A stretch of 64,000 nucleotides of DNA, from contig CAYQPT010000002.1 of NCBI GenBank assembly GCA_964419835.1, positions 6,732-70,731 of the forward strand. The letters run 5' to 3'. Position 1 is the stretch's first letter, and each line of letters begins with the position of its first letter. The notes beneath the pieces were generated by a model. The model was not told the DNA's origin, did no database searches, and worked only from the letters and a program-made list of their open reading frames with translations. This document shows positions 46,310-56,650 of this stretch, one piece after another. The DNA is from an uncultured Candidatus Saccharibacteria bacterium (GTDB lineage: Bacteria; Patescibacteriota; UBA1384; XYA2-FULL-43-10; 1-14-0-10-43-13). Both the position numbers and the translations under genes were made by a program.

Positions 46310-47974
46310 TTAAATTTCACAGGGCTTAAAATCGACCAGTTTAAGGTCAAGGTTGCTTTCGCCTTTCCAATTATTGATATCTATAGTAAAAGCCAGGTCA
46401 TACAAAATATTACTTTTTATTTCTTTTATGCTACTTGAGTCAGTGAAGTTAAAACAAACCGTTCTAAATATTCTGTCGCCATATTTAATTTGAGCAGACA
46501 TGTGCTTTTGGGTTGATCCAATTAAACGCGGAGAAACGATCTCAGCATTTTTTACCATAAAAACCGGTCTCGCGTTCCCCATTCCAAACGGCTCAAATTG
46601 TGATATTTTATCACACAAACTTGTTTTTAATTCATTTGGTTTTATTTCGGCGTCAACTTTTATTTTTTTGACCAAATTTTCCGGCTTAATAAAATTGTTG
46701 GCGAAGTCGACAACAAATTTAAAAAACTTTTCAAAGTTTGTAACCGAGAGTCCGGCTGCTCCTTTGTGTCCCCCGAATTTTTTAATATAATCTTTTGCTT
46801 TTTCAAAAATCTCAACTATATTCACACCTTCAACACTTCTGGCGCTTCCAATATAAATGTCATTGTCTTTTGCAAATAAGATTACTGGGCGAGAGTATTT
46901 TTCAACCAAATGGCTGGCAGATGGACCAATCACTCCCTTAAGCCAATCGCCTGCTACAATGATAATATTGTTTTTATAGAGTTCTTTTTTTTCAATTTTC
47001 TCTATCGCAGATTTTTCGACAGTGTTCATGGCGCGTTGGCGGTCCTCATTTTTCTCGTTCAGCCACATCGCCAGCTCTACAGCTTCGTCTTTATCCTCTG
47101 TGATTAAAAGTTCATACGATTTGGTAGCATGATCAATCCGGCCGGGGGCATTTATCCGCGGAGCAATTTTAAACCCAACGGTATAAGCGTTTATATCTTC
47201 TTTTTTAATACCGGCTATTTTAATAAGTTCTCGCAAACCAATATTTCGGGATATTTTCATAATAATTAAACCGTAATGAGCCAATACCCTATTTTCTCCG
47301 ATCAAGGGCACCACATCTGCAATAGTGGAAATTGCCACCAAATCCAAGTTCGACTTTAAAAATTCTGTGTCAATTTCTTTGGGAAATTCTTTGCCTAACG
47401 CTTGCGCCAGCTTATAAACAACTCCGCACCCGCAAAGTTCCTTGAATGGGTACTTATTTCCCTTAATTTTGGGGTTGATAACAGAGAGCGCATTTGGAAT
47501 TTCTTCCGCCGGAATGTGGTGATCAGTGATAATTAAATCGATATTTTTTTCTTTGCAATATTTTGCTTCAACAAAGTTTCTAATTCCCAAATCGGCCGTA
47601 ATGATCAAACTGCATTTTTTGGAGATTAAAATATCGATCCCCGATTTTGACAGACCATAACCAGATTCCCTGTTTGGAATATAGACATGCGATTTAAGAC
47701 CGATTGCCTTTAATGTCTTATATAGTAAGGCGGCAGCCGGAATTCCATCAGCATCATAATCAGCAAAAATACCAACCGTTTCTTTTTTTTCAACTGCCAG
47801 CTTGATTCGCTCGACTGCTTTTTTCATTCCCTTTAGCAAATATGGATCGGGTAAATCCTTTCCAAAATCAGGATTAAAAAATGACTCTTTTTCAGCGGGA
47901 TCAATCCCTCGGTTAAAAAGAAGCTGGTCAATTAGATCGTCATATTTTCTTGGTTGTATTTTCCACTCTGCCAT
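46310..47974 (-). CDS. recJ: ssDNA exonuclease RecJ
   Basis: DYDADG, TDHH, PRINA.GR, GSARS and GGH..AAG motifs. Confidence 0.95.
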   Translation of the reverse strand: MAEWKIQPRKYDDLIDQLLFNRGIDPAEKESFFNPDFGKDLPDPYLLKGMKKAVERIKLAVEKKETVGIFADYDADGIPAAALLYKTLKAIGLKSHVYIPNRESGYGLSKSGIDILISKKCSLIITADLGIRNFVEAKYCKEKNIDLIITDHHIPAEEIPNALSVINPKIKGNKYPFKELCGCGVVYKLAQALGKEFPKEIDTEFLKSNLDLVAISTIADVVPLIGENRVLAHYGLIIMKISRNIGLRELIKIAGIKKEDINAYTVGFKIAPRINAPGRIDHATKSYELLITEDKDEAVELAMWLNEKNEDRQRAMNTVEKSAIEKIEKKELYKNNIIIVAGDWLKGVIGPSASHLVEKYSRPVILFAKDNDIYIGSARSVEGVNIVEIFEKAKDYIKKFGGHKGAAGLSVTNFEKFFKFVVDFANNFIKPENLVKKIKVDAEIKPNELKTSLCDKISQFEPFGMGNARPVFMVKNAEIVSPRLIGSTQKHMSAQIKYGDRIFRTVCFNFTDSSSIKEIKSNILYDLAFTIDINNWKGESNLDLKLVDFKPCEI

Positions 47975-47998
47975 ATGCCCATAATAGCAGAAGGATTA

Positions 47999-48580
47999 TC
48001 AATTCACCAAACAATTAACACCGAATTTTTTAAGATCTTTTGCTAAAGATTGTAAGGGCAATCCGACAACATTATCATAATCACCATCGATTCTATTGAT
48101 TAGCTTTCTGCCTAGCCCATTTATTGAATAAGATCCCACTCTATCAATCGGCTCGCCGGTTGCAACATATTCATCAATTTCATTCTCTAATAATTTATTA
48201 AAATAAACTTTGGTCTCTACTGCGTTAGTTAACTTCTTACCGTTTTTGGTATCCAAAATTGCATAGCCGGTAAAAACAGAGTGAGATTTTCCGCTTAAAC
48301 TTTTTAACATTTCTTTTGCTCTAACTTTGTCCCCTGGTTTTCCGAGTACCTTGCCTTGAAATGATATTAGAGTGTCCGCTCCAATAATTATTGCATCCTT
48401 GTATTTAAACGCAATATCTTTAGCTTTTTCTTCTGATAAATATTTAACCAGATCTTCAGGTTTTAAATCCAATGTCATATCCTCTTCGTAATTACTGGTT
48501 TCAACCCGAAAAGGAATATTTGCTCGTTTTAATATTTCTTTGCGTCTGGGCGAACTTGACGCTAAAATTATCTTTCTCAT
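47999..48580 (-). CDS. maf: Maf nucleoside triphosphate pyrophosphatase
   Basis: ILASSSPRR, IGADT, LGKP and NVVGLP motifs. Confidence 0.93.
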   Translation of the reverse strand: MRKIILASSSPRRKEILKRANIPFRVETSNYEEDMTLDLKPEDLVKYLSEEKAKDIAFKYKDAIIIGADTLISFQGKVLGKPGDKVRAKEMLKSLSGKSHSVFTGYAILDTKNGKKLTNAVETKVYFNKLLENEIDEYVATGEPIDRVGSYSINGLGRKLINRIDGDYDNVVGLPLQSLAKDLKKFGVNCLVN

Positions 48581-48891
48581 TTCTCACTTTCTGATCCAGC
48601 AGAGCCGTTTTTTAATCTTCTCTTATATTTTTCCAAAGCATGATCGAGTGCTTCTTCTAGGTCAATGTTTAAGGTGTTAGCAACTAAAATTAAAGAATAA
48701 AATGAATCGCCCAACTCGTCCTTTAGCTCTGGAGTATATTTTAATTGTTTCCTGCCATCGTCAGTGCTCTTTAAAACTTCTTTTGACACTTCTCCAATTT
48801 CAGAGACCAAGTCGAGCAAAACATATTCGGTTATATTTTTAAAACCATTTTCTTCGCAAAACTTTTCAACTTTTTCTTGTAATTTTTTCAT
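48577..48891 (-). CDS. MazG-like nucleotide pyrophosphohydrolase
   Basis: LVSEIGEV.KE...DELGD motif. Confidence 0.85.
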   Translation of the reverse strand: MKKLQEKVEKFCEENGFKNITEYVLLDLVSEIGEVSKEVLKSTDDGRKQLKYTPELKDELGDSFYSLILVANTLNIDLEEALDHALEKYKRRLKNGSAGSESEK

Positions 48892-49445
48892 AATTTTATT
48901 TCCTCTGCTATTTTGTCATAGTTCTGCTCCGTAGAGTCAAAAATTATCTTTGGTAAACTGGAACTTTCTAAATGCTCCAACAATTTTCTCTGTGTGCCTA
49001 TATAATGCTGATTAATTTCTTTCTTTGAACCATGGGTAGCGAGATGAGATCGCCATGCCGAATCACGATGCTTTGCGGCGTTTGCAATTCTTTCAGGGAT
49101 CTCTTTCTCGTCTATTTTCAGAAATACAATTGTCGGATTATGCTGTAATAATATTTTTTCTAGCTCTTTATATTTTTCAACCGTACTATTAGAAATAGCC
49201 ATGGCGGTCAAATGCAATCTATCAAATATCACAACATCATATTCTTCGCTAAAAACATCTTTTACCAGCTTTGTCAGATGATCCAAAAATATTTCCGGCT
49301 CAAACTTACCAAGAACGGGCATCAGAGTCTGACCTTCATCAACCAATTTACAGTTGAGGTTTTTTTTCGCACAAATATTAGCCAATTTATTGGCTAAAGT
49401 CGTTTTACCGCTTGCAGATGTTCCCTCTAGAATTATTATTTTCAT
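48888..49445 (-). CDS. P-loop nucleotide kinase (thymidylate kinase-like)
   Basis: ILEG.SASGKTT and IFDR motifs. Confidence 0.75.
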   Translation of the reverse strand: MKIIILEGTSASGKTTLANKLANICAKKNLNCKLVDEGQTLMPVLGKFEPEIFLDHLTKLVKDVFSEEYDVVIFDRLHLTAMAISNSTVEKYKELEKILLQHNPTIVFLKIDEKEIPERIANAAKHRDSAWRSHLATHGSKKEINQHYIGTQRKLLEHLESSSLPKIIFDSTEQNYDKIAEEIKL

Positions 49446-49536
49446 TCTACTCTTACTCTACTCGTCGTAATTCCATTTTTCAACCAAAAAAAGACCGCCC
49501 AAACAGTCTTTCGTTAAAATAAATATTTCGGCTAAG

Positions 49537-49821
49537 CTAAGCCGGTTTTTCTTCAAGCTTGGTTACTCTCACATCAAGGTTTTTAACATCTATCCGGTGA
49601 GCCAAAATAATATTATCCAAGGTTTCTATAATTTCTTTCTGACCTTTTTCAATCCTAAGTATTTTTGATTCTAGACCATCAAAGCGTGTATCCGCTCGTT
49701 CAAACTTTTCGTCAATTTTATCAAACTTTTCGTCAATTTTTCTAAAATTGCCGTCAATTCTGGAAAATTCTTTTTGAATCATCATTCCAAGATCGTCAAT
49801 TGTAATTCCGGATTTTTTCAT
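49537..49821 (-). CDS. Short coiled-coil heptad-repeat protein
   Basis: ITIDDL..MI..EF followed by KIDEKFD-type heptads; 21-nt period repeat near 49700-49745. Confidence 0.65.
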   Translation of the reverse strand: MKKSGITIDDLGMMIQKEFSRIDGNFRKIDEKFDKIDEKFERADTRFDGLESKILRIEKGQKEIIETLDNIILAHRIDVKNLDVRVTKLEEKPA

Positions 49822-49878
49822 AGTGTTATTATTATATTCTGTTCTCGAATTTTGTGTCAAACCGGACTTATCCACTTT

Positions 49879-50691
49879 CTATTTAAAATACGCCCAGCCG
49901 TCGATGCGAAGGTCTATATATTCCTTAACCGCATCTCTTCGCGCAACCAAAACCATTTTTAAATTATCTAACTGTTTAGAAGAAGAGCGAAGTGAATTTA
50001 ACTTAACATAGAAACCTGCTTCGGTATGAAGGTTGACATCAAAAGTAGTTTCATCAACCTCAAAATATGTCGGCTTAATATTTACCGTATTAAAAAACTG
50101 GCTCTGGATGTTTGTGATAAAGGCAACGAAACTTGCTGAGAGTAAATTTGATCCGACTTGTACTGGAATAGCCCTTTTGTCTACAACTTTAGGCAGATCA
50201 AAAATTTCGTCGGTATTTAATTTCTTCGCAACAGCGCCTTGGGAACTGATCAAATATACCCCATCTCCGCTCTGCCAAAGCATTTTCCCTTCGTGCTCCA
50301 AAACAACTATTTTTACTGCATTTGGGATGCCGCGATAAATTTCAATATTTTTTATTTCCGGATTTTCTTTAAAAATCTGTTTTTTTGCGTTGCCCACACT
50401 GAAAAGTAAAATATTTTGTTTCTTTGAAATAACAGAAGATATTTTTTCGGCAGGCACCATTTTATTGCCTTCGACAATTATGTCATTTATCAAAAATTTG
50501 CCCGAGAAAAATAAATAGTAAATAGCTACGCAAAGAACTATTATCCACAACAAAGTTTTAAATGGAAATTTAGGGAGTTTAAATTCTTTTTTTTGCTTAA
50601 TTTCAGCACCCTTAAAAATAGAAGGCCGGCGAAATTTACGATGCCCCCCATAAAGTTGTCTTCTGTAATCTTTTCGAAAATTATTTACCAT
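49879..50691 (-). CDS. ftsQ: Cell division protein FtsQ/DivIB
   Basis: TM + POTRA domain (I.VEGN), C-terminal YIDLR. Confidence 0.85.
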   Translation of the reverse strand: MVNNFRKDYRRQLYGGHRKFRRPSIFKGAEIKQKKEFKLPKFPFKTLLWIIVLCVAIYYLFFSGKFLINDIIVEGNKMVPAEKISSVISKKQNILLFSVGNAKKQIFKENPEIKNIEIYRGIPNAVKIVVLEHEGKMLWQSGDGVYLISSQGAVAKKLNTDEIFDLPKVVDKRAIPVQVGSNLLSASFVAFITNIQSQFFNTVNIKPTYFEVDETTFDVNLHTEAGFYVKLNSLRSSSKQLDNLKMVLVARRDAVKEYIDLRIDGWAYFK

Positions 50692-51626
50692 TTGCCTATA
50701 TATTCAACTTCCTCTTCAAGTTCTATATTGTATTTGTCCTTAACAAGTTCTTTTGCTTTTTCAGCTAACTGCCGCACATCTTTAGCAGTTGCACCCTTGC
50801 GGTTTACGAGGTAGTTGGCATGCGCTTTAGAGAATGACGCTCCACCGATTTTAAGTTTTTTAGCTCCAGCTTGGTCCAATAAGTAACCAGCCGAATTTTC
50901 CCGATTGGTTGATGGATTCTTAAAGAAACTGCCTGCACTTTTTTCGCCAACTGGCTGGCTTTGTTTCTTTTTTTGAAGGTTTTGCTGCATAAGACCCAGG
51001 ATTTCATCTTTTCTTCTTTTAACTAGCTGTAATTTCACAGTTAAAATCACTGGTTTGGATTTTGATGAGATGAATTCTCTTTTTAATTTGGATGAACGGT
51101 ATTGAAATTCAAACCATGGCGCTTCTTTCTTCACCACCATCATCTTGTCATCTTTCGGCATAAGAAGTATGACTGATTTTACAAAGTCTCCGATTGCGTA
51201 ATTAAATGCTCCGGCATTTCCATAGACCGCTCCGCCAACTGTTCCAGGAACGCCAAATAAAAATTCTAGTCCGCCCAAATCTCTGCCAGCCGCTAAATTG
51301 ATCAATCTGCCAAGCGAAACTCCCGAATCAACAATAACTTGGGAATTATCACCTGAAAAAGCAATATTATTTGAATCATTTTTTATTACCAAACCGGGAA
51401 ATCCTGAATCAGATGGGACAATATTGTTTCCACCACTCAATATGAAATACGGCAACTTCAATTCGTGCACCAGCATTACAACTCTAGCCATTTGATCAAC
51501 ATTTTTTGCTGTATAAAAATAGTCTGCCACGCCACCTACATGAATACTGACATAGTCCCGCAAAACAACATTTTTTCTAAATCCTTCACCCAGCTCTTTC
51601 TCTAATGTTAATTCAAGGTCAGACAT
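50685..51626 (-). CDS. murB: UDP-N-acetylmuramate dehydrogenase
   Basis: GGVAD, GLEFL.GVPGTVGGA..GNAGA, SAGSFFKNP, HAN motifs. Confidence 0.95.
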   Translation of the reverse strand: MSDLELTLEKELGEGFRKNVVLRDYVSIHVGGVADYFYTAKNVDQMARVVMLVHELKLPYFILSGGNNIVPSDSGFPGLVIKNDSNNIAFSGDNSQVIVDSGVSLGRLINLAAGRDLGGLEFLFGVPGTVGGAVYGNAGAFNYAIGDFVKSVILLMPKDDKMMVVKKEAPWFEFQYRSSKLKREFISSKSKPVILTVKLQLVKRRKDEILGLMQQNLQKKKQSQPVGEKSAGSFFKNPSTNRENSAGYLLDQAGAKKLKIGGASFSKAHANYLVNRKGATAKDVRQLAEKAKELVKDKYNIELEEEVEYIGKW

Positions 51627-51659
51627 TATTTTTTATCCCGTGAAATGCAGTAAAACCGC

Positions 51660-52940
51660 CTATTTCAACGGGATCCTTTCTTTAATTTCCGCGAGCTTAT
51701 CGGCAATCTTATAAACAGGTGGAATACCAATGGTCAAAAGGACAGAATCTTTGTCCAATATTTTCTTTAGATAAGTTGTAATTTTTTCATCCGTGTCCAA
51801 TACTTGAGCATTTTTTTTCTTTTGGTTAATCAGATCAACTAAATCGTTGGAGCTTACCTTCAATAACTCATCGCGCCCCGGCACCAAAAAAATCGGTTTT
51901 AAAATTACTTCATCCGCTTTTTTGAACGCTTCAGCAAACTGTTTTAAGAATGGTTTAATTCTTTTATATTGATGTGGCCAGAAAACCACAATTTTCTTCT
52001 TGTCAGAATATTTTTCTGCGAGCGCGCTTAGTGTCGCTTTTATTTCGGTCGGATGATGTCCATAGTCATCAATTAAGTCCGCACCATTAAAACTTCCCTT
52101 AAACTCAAATCTTCTTCGTGCGCCTTTAAATTTTTGGAGCGCTTTTTTGGTTATCTCTCGATCAACACCAAGAAGATCACCAAGCGCAACCACAGCCAAA
52201 GCGTTGGCAATATTATGATTTCCGGGAACAGAAAGTGTGAAATTTAATTTGTTATATTTCTCCGATAAAGAACCATAAAACATTACTTTTGCCTTAGTCT
52301 TACATTTCGATAACACATCCTTAATATTTTCATCGTCTGCAGAAGCTATGATTGTTCCGTCATCCGGAACATGATCAATGTACTGAATGAACGCTTCCTT
52401 TATCTCTGGAAGTCCACCGGGGTAGGTGTCTAGATGCTCCTCTTCAATATTTGTCAATATTAGAATCTTAGGATAAAAATCCAAAAATGCTCTATCGTAT
52501 TCACATGCTTCCATCACGAACCAATCTGACTTACCTACTCTCAAAACTCCACCAAAATCTTCTAATTCTTCACCAATTAGCACGGTTGGGTCAAGTCCAC
52601 CAGCCACAAGCGCTAGACCAGCCATAGATGTAACCGTAGTTTTTCCATGCATTCCTGAAATTGCAATAACTTTTTTATCCTTGGTTATTTCACGAAGTAA
52701 CTCTGACCTTTTCACAACTTTTATTCCAAGTTTTTCTGCCGCCTCTACCTCTACCCACCCTTCCGAACCCGGACTGACAGCCGAAGTTCTTACGACTATG
52801 TCAATGTCGCTTGTAATATTTTCTGCTTTGTGACCGCTTGTTTTTAAATCAGAACCAAAAACAGTCTCGCCTTTTGACTCGAGATATTGTTTAATTCCCC
52901 GCATTGACACGCCTTGATCACCAATCAGGTAATATTTCAT
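51660..52940 (-). CDS. murC: UDP-N-acetylmuramate--L-alanine ligase
   Basis: GMHGKTT, EACEY, RRFE, DDYGHHPTEI motifs. Confidence 0.93.
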   Translation of the reverse strand: MKYYLIGDQGVSMRGIKQYLESKGETVFGSDLKTSGHKAENITSDIDIVVRTSAVSPGSEGWVEVEAAEKLGIKVVKRSELLREITKDKKVIAISGMHGKTTVTSMAGLALVAGGLDPTVLIGEELEDFGGVLRVGKSDWFVMEACEYDRAFLDFYPKILILTNIEEEHLDTYPGGLPEIKEAFIQYIDHVPDDGTIIASADDENIKDVLSKCKTKAKVMFYGSLSEKYNKLNFTLSVPGNHNIANALAVVALGDLLGVDREITKKALQKFKGARRRFEFKGSFNGADLIDDYGHHPTEIKATLSALAEKYSDKKKIVVFWPHQYKRIKPFLKQFAEAFKKADEVILKPIFLVPGRDELLKVSSNDLVDLINQKKKNAQVLDTDEKITTYLKKILDKDSVLLTIGIPPVYKIADKLAEIKERIPLK

Positions 52941-52954
52941 ACTTCCTCACACTC

Positions 52955-54079
52955 TTATTTTAGTAGTATTTTTATTTCTTTTACTATCTGGTCTGCTCCA
53001 TCTTTAGGAAAAAGATTATAGGCATTTTTTCCCATTTCCTTCATCAGAGACCCATTCCCGAAAAGGCGGTCAATTTCCTGTACCAGATTTTTCTTTAAAC
53101 TTCTATCGTCCGCCATCACTATCGCCGCATTATTTTTTTCAAAATACTCTGCATTTTTTGTCTGATGATCAGAAGCAGCATATTTGTAAGGAATTACGAT
53201 CATTGGTTTGGACAAAGCAGCAATTTCCCCTAATGTAGTAGCACTCGCTCTGGTAATAATCAAATTTGATTGAAAAATAGCACTTAAAAGTAAACTTTTC
53301 CCGTCTCCCGCATCAGTCAGAAGATCTGAAATATAATAGGATTTCTTTTGCTCCTTGCTCAAGCTAGACCTTATCTCAATTGCCCTACTATAGTCAAGCT
53401 CCCCTACATGATGAATTAAATTATATTTACCCAACAATTCTGGAAGCGAAGAGAAAATCGCATTATTTATATTCCGCGCCCCCTGACTACCTCCCGTTAT
53501 AAATAACACCGGCTTACTTTTATCCAGATTGAAATCGTATAAATCATGACGAAAAAAATTTATCTCAGGACGAAGTATCTGTCCGGAAAAATACATTGCC
53601 TTCCGATATTTTTTTTGATAATACTCCTTGGGAAATCCAACAAATATTTTTTTTGCCCCAGACGCTGCAAACTCATTTGATTTGCCCATATAGATATCTG
53701 ACTCATGTATGCAATAAGGTATTTTTAAAACCTTAGCCCATAGAATAATTGGGAATGAAACATATCCCGCCTTGGAAAAAATTACTTTTGGCCTAACCCT
53801 TAATAAAAATAGAAGAGATTGTATTAATCCAATTAAAAGATATAAAAGCTGAAGTATATTGTTTAATGTTAGTGCTCTATGAAACTTACCGGTATATAGA
53901 ACATAATAGCCACCTATTTGGCAGTAGAATTTACGATCCAAATATGAGTTGCCTCCAACGACACAAATATCAAGGTCTTTATGATTCTGTATTAATTTTT
54001 TATATATATTTAGAATCGGAACAATATGACCGCCAGTTCCACCACCAACCAATAAAATTGTGTTGCTTCTTGTTTTCAT
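52955..54079 (-). CDS. murG: MurG glycosyltransferase
   Basis: GGGTGGH, HES, GGSQGA, HQ.KNA motifs. Confidence 0.95.
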   Translation of the reverse strand: MKTRSNTILLVGGGTGGHIVPILNIYKKLIQNHKDLDICVVGGNSYLDRKFYCQIGGYYVLYTGKFHRALTLNNILQLLYLLIGLIQSLLFLLRVRPKVIFSKAGYVSFPIILWAKVLKIPYCIHESDIYMGKSNEFAASGAKKIFVGFPKEYYQKKYRKAMYFSGQILRPEINFFRHDLYDFNLDKSKPVLFITGGSQGARNINNAIFSSLPELLGKYNLIHHVGELDYSRAIEIRSSLSKEQKKSYYISDLLTDAGDGKSLLLSAIFQSNLIITRASATTLGEIAALSKPMIVIPYKYAASDHQTKNAEYFEKNNAAIVMADDRSLKKNLVQEIDRLFGNGSLMKEMGKNAYNLFPKDGADQIVKEIKILLK

Positions 54080-55212
54080 TTTGAAACGCTTTCCTTGTAT
54101 GAGGAAGTCATACCGCTTGTTTGGTTTTTAGAAATATTTACAAGCACTCCGACAGCAGCTAAAAGAATGATTAAGGACGAACCTCCGTAGCTAACAAATG
54201 GTAGCGGAACACCGGTCAGAGGCAATATTGAGAACATGGCGCCAATGTTGATAAACATCTGAGAAAGAAGCCAGGTTGTTATACCGGTTGCAACCATCCT
54301 AGAAAAAGTGTCCGGAGCATTTTTTGCAATTTTATATCCCCGAAAGGCTATGAAAGCGAAAATCAATATGACTAAAATCGCCCTCAAATACCCTAATTCT
54401 TCTGAAATAATGGCAAAAATCGAGTCAGTATGCGCCTCAGGCAAATAGAGATATTTTTGTTTGCTTTGGCCGAAACCCAATCCCAACCATCCGCCCGAAC
54501 CAATCGCGATCAAGGCATTCCTGATGTGATAACCAGCGCCCAAAGCGTTATCCTCTGGATTTAGAAAAGTCAGAAATCTTTGCAATCTGTATGGTTCAAT
54601 TTTTATAGCTAGCCAAAAAAGAAATCCCGTCAAACCGCCAGCGGCAAGAATTTGATATAAAGGCGCGCCAGCCACAGTAAATAGCGCAGCACCAATGCAG
54701 ATAATAACTGATAGCGTACCAAGATCCTTTTGCGCCAACATAAGGACAGAGACAGCACCCAAAATAGCCATAAAGGGCCAAAACATTTTTTTAATGGTGG
54801 ATAAATTTTCACCTTTGCTCGCCACCCAACCGGAAAGATAAAAAATAAGAGTTAGTTTTGCAACCTCAGCTGGCTGAAAAGAAAAAAACTTTAAGTCTAT
54901 CCACCTGCCCCCATTTTCTTCCTTGCCGAACAAAAGCGGTAAAATTAATAGAAAAAAAGTTGCTATCAACATCATGCTGGATTTTTTCTGCCAATACCGG
55001 AAGTCTATAGATTGAAAAAAAATCCATGTAAAGATCCCCAGAGCCACAAACATTAGTTGTTTTTTTAAATAAAGCTTATCGGTTGCATCATCTGTAATTT
55101 GAAGAGAGTAGTACTTAGACACCGAATAAATCATAATCAGCCCAAAAACAATTAGCGCAAAGACCGCCAAAGAGATCAAATAATCAGGTTTTGCCCTTCT
55201 TGTCTGGTTCAT
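54076..55212 (-). CDS. ftsW: SEDS peptidoglycan polymerase FtsW
   Basis: RW, FQPAE.AK, LPEAHTDSIF, GVPLPFVSYGGSS motifs. Confidence 0.95.
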   Translation of the reverse strand: MNQTRRAKPDYLISLAVFALIVFGLIMIYSVSKYYSLQITDDATDKLYLKKQLMFVALGIFTWIFFQSIDFRYWQKKSSMMLIATFFLLILPLLFGKEENGGRWIDLKFFSFQPAEVAKLTLIFYLSGWVASKGENLSTIKKMFWPFMAILGAVSVLMLAQKDLGTLSVIICIGAALFTVAGAPLYQILAAGGLTGFLFWLAIKIEPYRLQRFLTFLNPEDNALGAGYHIRNALIAIGSGGWLGLGFGQSKQKYLYLPEAHTDSIFAIISEELGYLRAILVILIFAFIAFRGYKIAKNAPDTFSRMVATGITTWLLSQMFINIGAMFSILPLTGVPLPFVSYGGSSLIILLAAVGVLVNISKNQTSGMTSSYKESVSK

Positions 55213-56618
55213 CGTTTTTCTAGCTTTAAAACTGCATCCTTAAACTTCTCTCCTCGTTCTTTATAATTTTTGAACATCCCAAAACTAGCACATGCTGGCG
55301 ATAAAATTACAATTTCCCCGCTTTTTGCTTCAAAGGATGAGCTTTGAACGATCTCGTCAATATTTGTTTTTCCTTCCACAATCCTCCCTTTGAAGCCCGA
55401 TTCAATAAGAGCTGTTTTAATTTTTGATCCCTCGGGATCAATCAAAACCACAGAAGAGACATTTCCGGCAGCAATCTTTTGCGCCAACATTGAAAAGTCT
55501 GCCCCCTTACTACTTCCCCCTAAAATCAGTATTTTCGTCTGCGAAAATGAGTCAATAGCCGCAATTGTAGGATCAGGATTTGTGGCGTAAGAATCATTTA
55601 TATATTTAACCCCGCTAACTTCAGCTACAAATTCCAATCGATGAGGCAAACCGGAAAATTCTTTTACCGCTTCTTTAACAATTTCTGAATTAATGTTCAA
55701 CATATCTGCAACCAATGTGGCAGCCGCAATGTTTTCCAGATTATGCACACCGAAAAGTTTGATTTCACTTTGATCGCAAACTCTAATATTGCGTCCACTC
55801 GGATCAATCATTACTTCGTTATTGTTCGTGACAATAGCATCCGCTTCTTTGATTTTTGAAAAAAATTTCTTCTTCGATTTAGTGGTGTCCAACAATTCGA
55901 AAGAGAAAGTCGAATCGGCATTTAATACTGCAAAGTCGTCTTGCGTCTGGAACTTTAGTATATTGAATTTTGCAATTTGATATTCCGCAATATCACCATG
56001 ATAGTCCAGATGATCCTCACTCAAATTTGTTACTACGGCGATATGGGGAGGATGTTCTAAATCCAAGAGCTGAAAACTTGATAATTCCAAAATCACGATG
56101 TCGCTTTCCGAAAGATTTGGAATTAAAGTGATCGCCGGATAACCAATATTTCCAGCCAAATATACTTTTGATTTCTTTCCGATATTTTGCTTCTTTAATA
56201 TTTCAAAGATAAGTGAAGCCGTCGTCCCTTTTCCTTTAGTTCCAGTAACTCCGATTATTGGGCAAGGACAAAGTTCAAAGAAGAGTTTTATTTGACTCGA
56301 TATAAGAACTCCGGACTGCTCTGCCTTCTTAATCTTTTCATTAAAAGCAATTCCGGGGGAACGGAAAATGATATCAAAATCAGATAAATTACTAAGATAT
56401 TCCGGACCTAATGTTTTTTTTATACTTGAATTCTGATTTATTCTACCGAACTCTTCCTTCTCTTCACCTTCCAGCCGTTCAAAAATTTCTCCTTCAGAAA
56501 GTTTATCCAAAACAGTTAAACTTACAGATTTGTCGGATAGAAATTGAGCCAGCGCTAAACCTTCGATGCCAATTCCTAAAATAGCAACCCTTTTGTCATG
56601 CAAATTGAGCTTACTCAT
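55209..56618 (-). CDS. murD: MurD ligase
   Basis: GTKGKGTT, GNIG, ELSSFQL, INDS.AT, SPACASF motifs. Confidence 0.95.
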   Translation of the reverse strand: MSKLNLHDKRVAILGIGIEGLALAQFLSDKSVSLTVLDKLSEGEIFERLEGEEKEEFGRINQNSSIKKTLGPEYLSNLSDFDIIFRSPGIAFNEKIKKAEQSGVLISSQIKLFFELCPCPIIGVTGTKGKGTTASLIFEILKKQNIGKKSKVYLAGNIGYPAITLIPNLSESDIVILELSSFQLLDLEHPPHIAVVTNLSEDHLDYHGDIAEYQIAKFNILKFQTQDDFAVLNADSTFSFELLDTTKSKKKFFSKIKEADAIVTNNNEVMIDPSGRNIRVCDQSEIKLFGVHNLENIAAATLVADMLNINSEIVKEAVKEFSGLPHRLEFVAEVSGVKYINDSYATNPDPTIAAIDSFSQTKILILGGSSKGADFSMLAQKIAAGNVSSVVLIDPEGSKIKTALIESGFKGRIVEGKTNIDEIVQSSSFEAKSGEIVILSPACASFGMFKNYKERGEKFKDAVLKLEKR

Positions 56619-56650
56619 AGTTTTATTTTAGATTAATTGAATAGATTTAT

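Noticed and set aside
49537-49821. Heptad tandem-repeat protein as a novelty
   Set aside because: Simple coiled-coil repeat of a kind I recognise as common in such genomes; no further supporting signal.
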